The notes below the pieces were generated by a model that was not told where the DNA came from, did not search any database, and saw nothing but the letters and a program-made list of their open reading frames with translations. Position numbers and translations under genes: made by a program. Of a stretch of 64,000 nucleotides of DNA, positions 18,899-27,554 are shown in pieces. This stretch comes from an uncultured Gemmatimonadales bacterium (GTDB lineage: Bacteria; Gemmatimonadota; Gemmatimonadetes; Longimicrobiales; Gaopeijiaceae): contig CAWELD010000003.1 in NCBI GenBank assembly GCA_963809895.1, positions 3,232,001 through 3,296,000 on the forward strand, written 5' to 3'. The first letter of the stretch is position 1. The number at the start of each line of letters is the position of its first letter.

Positions 18899-19421
18899 GC
18901 GCTTGCTGACCTCCCTGGCCGGTCTGGTATTCGTCTCGGGGTGCGCGAGCGCCCCTGCCCCCCAGCCAGCGCCGGATGCTGCGGACCTGGCGACGTTCGA
19001 GCTTCTGGACGTCTCTCCCGCTCCGGGAGAGGGCATCCAGGAGGGCACGGTGATGAAGGCCCGACTGCACTACGCGGTCCGAGACACCGAGGCCTTCCCC
19101 GGACCGTACACCGTCCAGCTGATGTTCAAGTCGGATGGCAAGTATACGCGCATCGCGACTCCGGAAGAGCGCGAGGCGGGCGGCCTCACGTCGCCTCGAT
19201 TCGATGAGGCCGAGCGTGACGTCGTCGTCGAGTATCCTCTGGACCTGGCGCGGCAGTCCCCGGACGTGGTGCAACCGGTTACGGTCGTGTTCCTCTTCCG
19301 TCAGGCCTTGAACCCGCGTGATGACCCGGCGGTGTACCAAGAAGAGGCCGGAGGATGGCAGGTTCAAGGCACGCTCGGGAAGCTCTGGCGGACGATCGAG
19401 GCGCCGTTCGATGGCGGCTGA
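18894..19421 (+). CDS. Hypothetical lipoprotein
   Basis: MSRLLTSLAGLVFVSG-C lipobox. Confidence 0.7.
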   Translation: MSRLLTSLAGLVFVSGCASAPAPQPAPDAADLATFELLDVSPAPGEGIQEGTVMKARLHYAVRDTEAFPGPYTVQLMFKSDGKYTRIATPEEREAGGLTSPRFDEAERDVVVEYPLDLARQSPDVVQPVTVVFLFRQALNPRDDPAVYQEEAGGWQVQGTLGKLWRTIEAPFDGG

Positions 19422-19472
19422 CCTGAGCGGCCACGAGCCGGGGGCCTGGCCTCCGCAAGATTTCGCGGCACT

Positions 19473-19853
19473 GTGGCTCTGATCCCCTGCCCTGGTTGCG
19501 GCGCCGAGATCTCCTCGGCAGCCCCGGCGTGGGTCCTCGTCGCATTCGCTCTCCTCTGGATCGTGCGCAGGATCCGGAAGAAGCCCCGCCAGACACTTCG
19601 ATGGTACGCCGTCCTGGGCGTCGGTGTGCTCGGCTCGATGTCGATTGGTGGATTCGCAGCCGCCGCAGCGACGTACCCGGACGAACTGCTGGGTGGTGCC
19701 TTGATGGCCGGCATCGCCGTGGTGGTCTCGGTGCCGTTCGGCCTCGCATTCGGCCTTGTCTTCGGGACGGCCGCGGCGCTGCTCCTCTACGGCGTACGGG
19801 GTCCGGCGCAGCGGCCTACCGCGGACGGATCCTCATCCCCTCCGGTCGGATGA
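19473..19853 (+). CDS. Hypothetical membrane protein with half a zinc ribbon
   Basis: MALIPCPGCGAEIS (second CxxC missing), followed by TM helices. Confidence 0.55.
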   Translation: MALIPCPGCGAEISSAAPAWVLVAFALLWIVRRIRKKPRQTLRWYAVLGVGVLGSMSIGGFAAAAATYPDELLGGALMAGIAVVVSVPFGLAFGLVFGTAAALLLYGVRGPAQRPTADGSSSPPVG

Positions 19854-19883
19854 TGGGCAGCTCGGAATGGACGGCGCGCAGGA

Positions 19884-20002
19884 CCCTGGCGCGGCAGGCG
19901 ACGCTCAGCGTAACCTGCGAACGGAAGACGTGAGCGGGGCTCGGCCCGGAGCCGGTGGGCGACCCATCCTCCTGCCGACGAAGAGGGGAATGAAGCGATG
20001 TC
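19884..20002 (+). repeat. Motif copy C within the 120-bp duplicated leader
   Basis: CCCTGGCGC...TCAGCGTAACCTGCGAA...GGTGGGCGACCCA.CCTCCTG.CGACGAAGAGG.GAATGAAG. Confidence 0.85.
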
Positions 20003-21207
20003 TCGGCCTCGGGCTGCTTGTTATCGCCACAACGGGGGCCAGTGGCTGTGAGAAGCAGGGGGCGCTGCCGCCTCCTGAGCTGGTTCGGATGGACTCGGCG
20101 GGGGTCGAGGTGGTCCGGATCCCCGGTAGCCTCCTGGACTCGCTTCGATTGGCGAGCCTCTCGCCCCCGACGGTCGAGTTCGGTGGCGATCAGCTACCCG
20201 ATTTTCCTCTTTCCAGGATCGAGGGCGGCGTATTCCTGCCTTCCGGAAACGTCAGTCTCGCAGACGGCATCCTGAATCGGGTGGCCATCGTCAGCCCGAA
20301 GGGCGAGTTGCTGAAGACGTTCGGGCGGGTCGGAGAGGGCCCCGGTGAGTTCTCGGGAATCGACGGCCTTCGTCGCGCACCGGACGGCGGCCTCGCCGTA
20401 TGGGACGAAGTGCGGGGCCGGACGTTCCTGTATGACACCACCGGATCGTTCACCGGCATGATTCAGACGCCACCGATGAGGACCGCCCAGCGGATGTTGC
20501 CGTTCAAGGGATTCCTCGAAGACGGGACGCTGCTATTCGAGCGACGAAGCCTTGATCCCAGCGTGCAGAGCCACGAAGAGGGTCGGTATCGACCTGAGTT
20601 CACGGTTGATCAGTTCGGCACGGACGGCGGGCTCGTGGGGGCGATGGCTTCGGTGCCGGGCGCCGAACGAATCGGACAAGTGGACGCTCGAGGCAACTTC
20701 TCCGCAGCACCCGTCGTGCTCTCGGGCTCGGCGCACCTGGCGGTAGGCGGCGGTCGGGGATTCGTCGGAAATGGACGGCGGTTCGTGATCCAGCAGCTCT
20801 CGAGTTCGGGCCTCGTCGGGATCCTCGAGATACAACGTCCACAACGGCCAGCCTCGTCCGCCCGGAAACGGTCCGAGATCCGGAAGATAAGACAGCGCTG
20901 GGCGCAGGTCGTCGCATCCGGTCCAGGGTCGGCAGAGGTCTCCGTCTTCGTCGCTTCTGACTCGCTGCCCTTCTTCGATCGACTCGAAGCCGATCAGGAC
21001 GGCCGACTCTGGGTGCGTGAGGTTCCTGCCGATGACGAGGAATGCTGCAACTGGATGGTGTTCGACTCCACCGGCGTGCCGACCTTTCAAGTCCGGATAC
21101 CTGAGGCCTTCACGTTTCTCGATGCCCAGGACAGCCTGGTGCTGGGATTCATGCAGGACAGGTTCGATGTGCCCACCCTCACCGTGCAGAAGCTCTTGTT
21201 CAGGTGA
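19990..21207 (+). CDS. 6-bladed beta-propeller lipoprotein
   Basis: Lipobox ASGC, RMDSAGV, FGRVGEGPGEF, DQDGRLWV. Confidence 0.8.
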   Translation: MKRCLGLGLLVIATTGASGCEKQGALPPPELVRMDSAGVEVVRIPGSLLDSLRLASLSPPTVEFGGDQLPDFPLSRIEGGVFLPSGNVSLADGILNRVAIVSPKGELLKTFGRVGEGPGEFSGIDGLRRAPDGGLAVWDEVRGRTFLYDTTGSFTGMIQTPPMRTAQRMLPFKGFLEDGTLLFERRSLDPSVQSHEEGRYRPEFTVDQFGTDGGLVGAMASVPGAERIGQVDARGNFSAAPVVLSGSAHLAVGGGRGFVGNGRRFVIQQLSSSGLVGILEIQRPQRPASSARKRSEIRKIRQRWAQVVASGPGSAEVSVFVASDSLPFFDRLEADQDGRLWVREVPADDEECCNWMVFDSTGVPTFQVRIPEAFTFLDAQDSLVLGFMQDRFDVPTLTVQKLLFR

Positions 21208-21234
21208 TCGCCCCGTAGCCGGAGAACCCGATCC

Positions 21235-22341
21235 ATGACAGACGCGCTTCGACCGCAACGGCGGTTCACCACCTGGCTCCTCCTTGCCCTCGTCTTGCTC
21301 GTCGCCTCTTCCTGCAGCGACTCCGGCGGCTCAGACGCCGATCCCGATAGTCTCGGATATCGTGAGGTGATCCGGCTCGGAGTCCGGGAGGGCCCAGGCG
21401 AGTTGGGCGGCATGCCCATGGACCTGCTCGCATCGAGCGACGGCCGACTCACGCTGCTGTCGTCCTTTTCGGGTGGGGATGGGCTGCCCATGCGCTTCGA
21501 TCCCCAAGGTCAGTTCGTCGAGAAGATCGGTGCTCTCGGCCAGGGACCGGGGGAATTCCTGGCGGCCCTCGCGGGCTTCTTCACACCGGAAGACAGCCTC
21601 GTCATCCACGACCTCCGCCAGCGTCGACTAACCGTGCTCTCCCCGACCGGGGAGGCCGGGCGTTCCATCTCGTTCGGAGGAGGTCAGGTAGCCAAGCTGA
21701 TCCCGATCGCGTGGCCCGACACTGTGTTGGCCGTCCTGGGGCCATTCGGACGCGAGGGCCGATCGTTCCATCTGGTCTCCCTCTCGGGGTCCGACGCGGA
21801 GACGCTGCGGGAGTTCGGCGAGCCCTGGCCAACGGAGCCCCAGGCCATCAACCGCTTCCGTCGCTTCGCCAGCCAACCGCTCGATGGCAGGCTCTGGACC
21901 GCAGCGAACTATAGCTACCGACTCACGGAATGGAGCACCCGGGGCGACAGCCTGACGACGCTGGCTCTCAGCTCGAAATGGTTCGAACAGCCCGGTATGG
22001 GTTTCGCGCCCGACTCCATCCCCGAGACCCGGATCGTGGCAGTCCAGCAGTTGAAGGGGGATACCCTCGCCGTCGGGCTGAGCGTGGCTCGCGAAGGATG
22101 GCAGAAAGCCTGGGACGGGATCGATGTCTCCCACGGCGAATTCCGAGGACCGGAGCTCTCCGGGCTGTACGAGGGCCTGATCGAACTTCGCAACGCACGC
22201 ACCGGCGAGCTGCTGGGATCCCAGAGACTCCGCGGCGTCATCTTCGCGATCCTGCCGGATGGCCGCGTCGCCACGCACTACACCGAAGGCCCGGGCTTCC
22301 CGTTCGTGACCGTGTACGCGCGGAGCGGCGCGGCACCGTAG
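21235..22341 (+). CDS. 6-bladed beta-propeller lipoprotein
   Basis: Lipobox ASSC, IGALGQGPGEF. Confidence 0.78.
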   Translation: MTDALRPQRRFTTWLLLALVLLVASSCSDSGGSDADPDSLGYREVIRLGVREGPGELGGMPMDLLASSDGRLTLLSSFSGGDGLPMRFDPQGQFVEKIGALGQGPGEFLAALAGFFTPEDSLVIHDLRQRRLTVLSPTGEAGRSISFGGGQVAKLIPIAWPDTVLAVLGPFGREGRSFHLVSLSGSDAETLREFGEPWPTEPQAINRFRRFASQPLDGRLWTAANYSYRLTEWSTRGDSLTTLALSSKWFEQPGMGFAPDSIPETRIVAVQQLKGDTLAVGLSVAREGWQKAWDGIDVSHGEFRGPELSGLYEGLIELRNARTGELLGSQRLRGVIFAILPDGRVATHYTEGPGFPFVTVYARSGAAP

Positions 22342-22352
22342 GCCTGGTTCTG

Positions 22353-22398
22353 TTGACAGGAGGACGTCCGCGGAGCATTGTGAGTCACAATGTGACTC
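22353..22398 (+). promoter_or_regulatory. Sigma70 promoter and palindromic operator upstream of padR
   Basis: TTGACA-N17-CATTGT, followed by the perfect palindrome GAGTCACA-A-TGTGACTC (22382-22398). Confidence 0.75.
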
Positions 22399-22413
22399 TT
22401 TACGGGTTTCCTC

Positions 22414-22746
22414 ATGTCCAGTTCTCTCGCTGAGTTCGAGTTCCTCGTCATGCTCGCCACGCTCAGGTTGGGCCCCGACGAGGCCTACACGGTGTCCATC
22501 GCCGCGGACATCGCCGAGCGGACAGGTCGATCCGTGCGGCGGGCGAACGTATTCACCACGCTTCAGCGCCTGGAGTCGAAGGGTCTCGTCTCTACGCGCC
22601 TGAGTGAGCCGCGCGATGAACGGGGCGGCCGACCACGCCGTTTGGTGACGGTGGAGCCCGACGGGCTCGCCGCATTGCGCGCAACCACCGGCGCGATCCG
22701 CTCGATGATCGGCAATCTGGGAGACACCGTCGGGGGCGTGGGATGA
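22414..22746 (+). CDS. padR: PadR family transcriptional regulator
   Basis: LAEFEFLVMLA...VFTTLQRLESKGLV...RGGRPRR. Confidence 0.88.
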   Translation: MSSSLAEFEFLVMLATLRLGPDEAYTVSIAADIAERTGRSVRRANVFTTLQRLESKGLVSTRLSEPRDERGGRPRRLVTVEPDGLAALRATTGAIRSMIGNLGDTVGGVG

Positions 22747-25442
22747 GCCTCCCTCGCCTGGCCGCGTTCGTGGTGAGGCGCCTGGCCCAGCCCGGCCGGG
22801 TGAAGGAACTCCTGGGTGACCTGGAGGAAGTGCACCGGGAGCGACTGCTGCGACGGAGCCGGGCCATCGCGACGCTGCTCACCGTGCTCGAGGCGGTGGA
22901 GTGCGCCGCCGCCTCGGGGCTCATGCGGCTTGGCACCTCATGGGCTCCCCCCGTCTCCTGGATCGACTTCAAGCTCGGCGCTCGCATGCTCGTGAAGTAC
23001 CCGGGGCTCACGCTGGTAGGCGGAGCCGCCATGGCTTTCGGAATCTTCGCCGGAGCGGCCTGCTACGAGGGCTACTCCCAGGTGCTCCACCCCCGTCTCC
23101 CCTTCGACGAGGGCGAGCGCGTCGTCATGGTCGACCTCCTGGACGACCGCACCCAGGCCCGGGAGCTCCGGGTTCTGCACGACTTCGCCCAGTGGCGAAC
23201 CGATCTTTCCACGGTCGAGCAACTCGGGGCGGCGAACTCACTCGCTCCGTATCTCGTCACCGATAACGGCCGTGGCCAACCCGTCCGCGCCGCGGCCATG
23301 ACAGGCTCCGCGTTCCAGATGACCCGCGTACCTCCCCTGATGGGTCGAACCCTGGACGCCGCCGACGAGTCACCGGCCGCGCCCGACGTGCTCGTCCTCG
23401 GCTACGACGTCTGGCAGAGCCGCTTCGGCGGTGACCTCGACGTGCTCGGCCGGAAGGTTGTCGTCGGCGACACCGAGTACGCGATCGTCGGCGTCATGCC
23501 GCAGGGGTTCGGCTTCCCGGCGAGAGAGCAGGCGTGGTTCCCTCTGCGATTCGATCCGTCCGTCGAGACCCTCCAGGGACCGGCGACCCTCGTCTTCGGT
23601 CGCTTGGCCCCCGGCGTCTCCTTCGACCAGGCGCAGGCGGAAGTGAATCGCTACATCGCTCAGGCTGCGGCAGAGCGACCCGCGGAGTACGCGCATCTCC
23701 ACGCGCGGGTGATGCCCTACGCGGAGGCCATGCTGGACATCCGCGAGCGCGCGGACCGGCTCGGGGTCATGTCCGTCAACGTGTTCGCGGGCCTCTTCCT
23801 CATGTTGGTCTGCGGCAACGTCGCACTCCTGATGTTCGCCCGCGCCGCGGCCCGGGAGGGCGAGCTCGTCGTGCGTAACGCCCTGGGTGCGACTCGGCGC
23901 CGCATCGTCTCCCAGCTCTTCGCCGAGGCGCTGGTGCTGGGCTTGGTCGCCGCCTTCGTGGGCGTGGCGGCAGCGGGCTGGGGCCTCGATCGGTTCGCGA
24001 ACGCCTTCCAGAGCACGGTACCCCTGATGTTCTGGTACCACACCTCGCTGTCACCTCGGACCTACGTATACGCCGCCCTGCTGACGCTGTTCGCGGCGGC
24101 CATCGCTGGCGTGGTGCCAGGACTCAAGGTCACGTCGGGAAAGGTCGATTCACGCCTCCGGCGTCTCACCGCCGGCGGCGGCGGACTCCGGTTCGGAGGG
24201 CTCTGGACGGCGGTGATCGTCGTGCAGATCGCGGCGACGGTGACATTCCCGGTCGTGGGCTACTTCGTGCGTCGCGACGCCGTGAACATCGAAAGCTACG
24301 AGTTCGGCGTGCCTACCGAGGAGTATGTTTCGGCACGACTGCACCTGAATCCCGCCATGTCTGGAGAGATTGGCGAGGATGCCGACACTCTTCCGTTCAC
24401 CACTCGCTTCGGGAGCGCGGCACGAGGTCTCATGCAGCGCCTGGAAGCCGAGCCGGAGGTCGCCGGCGTCACCATGAGCCGTACCGAGCCCGGGACGTAC
24501 CACGCGTGGCGCCGTATCGAGATGGACGCGGGATACCAGACGCCCCGCACGGAGTTGGACGAGAAGGGCCCGGGCCGGTGGGTGGCTGGCGGCGTGGTGG
24601 CGCCGAACTTCTTCGACGTGATGGGAACCGAGCCGCTGCAGGGGCGCACGTTCCATGCTGACGACGCGGACCCCGAGGCGCGCACCGTGATCGTCAACCA
24701 ACCGTTCGTGGACGTGGTCCTGGGCGGAAGGAACCCCATCGGGCGCCGGCTGCGCTACGTGGCCTCGCCCGACGGCTGGGATGGTGTGGAGCGAGCCGGC
24801 AGCGAGCCCGGCCCGTGGTACCGCATCGTCGGTGTCGTGCCAGAGCTGGGAATGAGGAACGGGGCCAACGTCGGAATCTACCATGCCCGAGAGCCGGAGT
24901 CCCTGTGGACGCCGACGCTTCTCGTGCACGTGAACGGCGATGCCCGCGCGTTCACGGGTCGTCTCATCGCGATCGCCGGCGAGGTGGAGCCGGATCTGGC
25001 CCTCCTGGCGCCTCGCACGCTGGATATGGTGAAGGAGAACGATCTCCGGCTCTATTCCTACTGGCTCTGGCTCATCGCGGGCGTCAGTGGCCTGGCGGTC
25101 CTTCTCTCCTTGGCCGGGATCTACTCGGTGATGGCGTTCACCGTAGCCCGCCGCACGCGAGAAATCGGTGTGCGCGTGGCGCTGGGCGGAAGGTCCGCTC
25201 GCATTGCCGGAGCCATCTTCAGAAAGCCGCTACTACAGGTGGCGTGGGGGATCCTCCTGGGCCTCCTGATCTCGACGTACCTGGGGTGGGGCATCGACGC
25301 CGAGGGACTTTGGGGCAAGCCCCTGCTGGTGCTATTGGGCTATGGCACGGTCATGACGGGAGTATGTTTGTTGGCCTGCTTGCTCCCACTGCGGCGCGCC
25401 CTGAGCGTGGAGCCGAGCCAGGCACTGGCTGCGGATGGGTAG
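22743..25442 (+). CDS. MacB/FtsX-type duplicated ABC permease (ADOP-like)
   Basis: DFKLGARMLVKYPGLT, NVALLMFARA..REGE..VR.ALGA, RRTREIGVRVALG. Confidence 0.9.
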   Translation: MSLPRLAAFVVRRLAQPGRVKELLGDLEEVHRERLLRRSRAIATLLTVLEAVECAAASGLMRLGTSWAPPVSWIDFKLGARMLVKYPGLTLVGGAAMAFGIFAGAACYEGYSQVLHPRLPFDEGERVVMVDLLDDRTQARELRVLHDFAQWRTDLSTVEQLGAANSLAPYLVTDNGRGQPVRAAAMTGSAFQMTRVPPLMGRTLDAADESPAAPDVLVLGYDVWQSRFGGDLDVLGRKVVVGDTEYAIVGVMPQGFGFPAREQAWFPLRFDPSVETLQGPATLVFGRLAPGVSFDQAQAEVNRYIAQAAAERPAEYAHLHARVMPYAEAMLDIRERADRLGVMSVNVFAGLFLMLVCGNVALLMFARAAAREGELVVRNALGATRRRIVSQLFAEALVLGLVAAFVGVAAAGWGLDRFANAFQSTVPLMFWYHTSLSPRTYVYAALLTLFAAAIAGVVPGLKVTSGKVDSRLRRLTAGGGGLRFGGLWTAVIVVQIAATVTFPVVGYFVRRDAVNIESYEFGVPTEEYVSARLHLNPAMSGEIGEDADTLPFTTRFGSAARGLMQRLEAEPEVAGVTMSRTEPGTYHAWRRIEMDAGYQTPRTELDEKGPGRWVAGGVVAPNFFDVMGTEPLQGRTFHADDADPEARTVIVNQPFVDVVLGGRNPIGRRLRYVASPDGWDGVERAGSEPGPWYRIVGVVPELGMRNGANVGIYHAREPESLWTPTLLVHVNGDARAFTGRLIAIAGEVEPDLALLAPRTLDMVKENDLRLYSYWLWLIAGVSGLAVLLSLAGIYSVMAFTVARRTREIGVRVALGGRSARIAGAIFRKPLLQVAWGILLGLLISTYLGWGIDAEGLWGKPLLVLLGYGTVMTGVCLLACLLPLRRALSVEPSQALAADG

Positions 25443-25447
25443 TCGAG

Positions 25448-25491
25448 ACCGCATTTTTGCAGCCGGGCGACGCTTCGGGCTGGGTGCGGTC
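25448..25491 (+). terminator. Possible stem-loop after the permease
   Basis: GACCGCA...CAGCC / GGCTG...TGCGGTC pairing; no U-tract. Confidence 0.3.
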
Positions 25492-25662
25492 GGTTCCGAT
25501 CAGCTCTAGATTCGGTCCATGAGCTCTCGCCCTCTGGATACGTCGCCCGCCGCATGGGCCAAGTACCGCTCCGTCCTCGATCAAATGGACGGCGCGGCGC
25601 GCGTTCAGGCCGCAATCGACTCCAGCCACCACGGGGGGTAGCACCGGAGAATGGAGCCTGGA

Positions 25663-26265
25663 ATGGGACGTATCGTCGTGATGAACCACGTGACCCTCGA
25701 CGGCGTGATGCAGGCGCCGGGCCGGGTTGACGAAGATACCCGAGGCGGATTCGCGCACGGTGGCTGGGGCAGCCGCTCCGCATCGCCTGACGACGCTGCG
25801 GCCAGGGCGATGGGTGAGCGGATGGCCGCCGGTGGCGGCTTGAAGGGGTGGCTGTTCGGACGGCGCACCTACGAGGACCTGCTCGCGACCTGGAACGCCC
25901 GCGGAGGCCCGTTCAAGGACGGGCTCAACAACACACCGAAGTATGTGGCCTCGACCACCCTGAGCGAACCGCTTCCCTGGCCCAACTCGACCCTCCTGCG
26001 CGGTGACGTCGCCGAGGCTGTAGGCGCCCTCAAGACCCAGGTCGAAGGCGTGTTGGCGATCATGGGCAGCGGCGAACTGACCAACGCCCTGATGCGTGCC
26101 GACCTGATAGACGAGTACCTGCTGTTCATTCACCCGCTCGTGCTGGGCACTGGACGGCGGTTGTTCGCCGAGGGCACGCCTCCGCGCACGCTTCAGCTCG
26201 TCGGCTCGACCACATCCACCACCGGCATTGTCGTCGCCACATACGAACCGGCCATTACCCCATGA
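25663..26265 (+). CDS. Dihydrofolate reductase family protein
   Basis: HVTLDGVMQAPG..DEDTRGGF.HGGW...FGRRTYE...LIDEYLLFIHPLVLG. Confidence 0.9.
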   Translation: MGRIVVMNHVTLDGVMQAPGRVDEDTRGGFAHGGWGSRSASPDDAAARAMGERMAAGGGLKGWLFGRRTYEDLLATWNARGGPFKDGLNNTPKYVASTTLSEPLPWPNSTLLRGDVAEAVGALKTQVEGVLAIMGSGELTNALMRADLIDEYLLFIHPLVLGTGRRLFAEGTPPRTLQLVGSTTSTTGIVVATYEPAITP

Positions 26266-26744
26266 CGAATCCAGCCCCCGACACGGCGATCCTCCGCTGC
26301 CCATCGTGTGGGCGGGACACGGAAGAGGTTATGCCGCGGAACGCCTGTCGGTTCTTCTGGACGTGTCCCCATTGCGACACGCGTCACCGGCCCGAGCCCG
26401 GCGACTGCTGCGTCTTCTGCTCCTACGGCAGCCGGCCGTGCCCACCCGTGGAGAACAACATGCCTGCAGACTGTAAGGACCCGGCCGTACTGAAGGCGCT
26501 ACAACGGATTCCCGGCGTCGGACGACAGGTCAGCGTCGACCTCTGGAATCTGGGGATGCGCGAAGTCGGCGACCTTCGAGAGAGGGATCCCGAAGAGCTG
26601 TACGCGCGCTTGTGCCAGATCCAGGGCCAGCACGTCGACCGCTGCATGCTCTACACCCTGCGATGCGCCGTCTACTTCGCATCCACGGAGGATCCGGATC
26701 CCGAGCTCCTGAAGTGGTGGAACTGGAAGGACTCCGACGCATAA
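26262..26744 (+). CDS. GDCCVxC-domain protein fused to a Cdd1-like helix-hairpin-helix domain
   Basis: CPSC...CPHC...GDCCVFCSYG..PCPP, then LQRIPGVG...DRCMLY.LRCAVYFA...KWWNWKD. Confidence 0.8.
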   Translation: MTNPAPDTAILRCPSCGRDTEEVMPRNACRFFWTCPHCDTRHRPEPGDCCVFCSYGSRPCPPVENNMPADCKDPAVLKALQRIPGVGRQVSVDLWNLGMREVGDLRERDPEELYARLCQIQGQHVDRCMLYTLRCAVYFASTEDPDPELLKWWNWKDSDA

Positions 26745-26840
26745 CGCGGGACGGCGACGTTGCAGGCGTGAGCGCGCGGGGAGCACATTCGGTCCGGGGT
26801 GGCGGCGATACGACTGGACCGTCCTGACAGGAGTCGTTGC

Positions 26841-27443
26841 ATGATCCGGCGAGCGGTGCGAGGCCTTTGGATTCCCGCGATGGTGCTCTGCACCGTGCCG
26901 GAGGTAGCGGCGTGTCAGCACGTCTTGATCGTCTACCACAGTCGGACCGGACACACGGCACAACTGGCTCAGGCAGTGGCGGAAGGGGCGCGCGGAGTCG
27001 AGGGCAGCGAGGTTCGACTGTTGCCTGTCGACAGTGCCTCACAGGACGACGTGGCCTGGGCAGATGCCCTGATCGTCGGCAGTCCCGTGCATTCCGCCAA
27101 CATCGCTACGCCGATCCTGGACTTCCTGAACACGCTCCCGTTCGATGGGGGGATGCGCGACAAGATCGGGGCTGCGTTCGTGACAGGGGCTGGCATCTCT
27201 TCGGGCGAGGAGACCGTTCAACTCGCCATTCTGCGCGCGCTGTTGGTTTACAACATGATCGTGGTCGGAGGACCCGATTGGACCGAGCCGTTCGGCGCCT
27301 CCGCGGTTACCGGAGAACCCCCATTCGCGGATACTGCAGACACAGCCGCGATCGACTCCATGTTCGCGACGAAAGGCTCGAGGCTGGGTGCCCGGGTCGC
27401 GGAGGTGGCCAAGATGGTGAAGGGCGGTAGCGAGCCACCGTGA
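26841..27443 (+). CDS. Flavodoxin/WrbA-like NAD(P)H oxidoreductase with signal peptide
   Basis: VLIVYHSRTGHT..LA.AV..G...ADALIVGSP...KIGAAFVT. Confidence 0.85.
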   Translation: MIRRAVRGLWIPAMVLCTVPEVAACQHVLIVYHSRTGHTAQLAQAVAEGARGVEGSEVRLLPVDSASQDDVAWADALIVGSPVHSANIATPILDFLNTLPFDGGMRDKIGAAFVTGAGISSGEETVQLAILRALLVYNMIVVGGPDWTEPFGASAVTGEPPFADTADTAAIDSMFATKGSRLGARVAEVAKMVKGGSEPP

Positions 27444-27554
27444 CCCCGGCCCGGCTGGCTTGGGTCGCGCTGGCAAGAATGGACGGCGCGTGGCATGATG
27501 GCGGGAATCGGGCTGCCGACCGGCAGCGATGCCCCCCCGTCCCGAGCCATTCCC

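Noticed and set aside
26400..26420. Selenocysteine in the GDCCVxC domain
   Set aside because: The Cys codons in the motif are TGC; there is no in-frame TGA.
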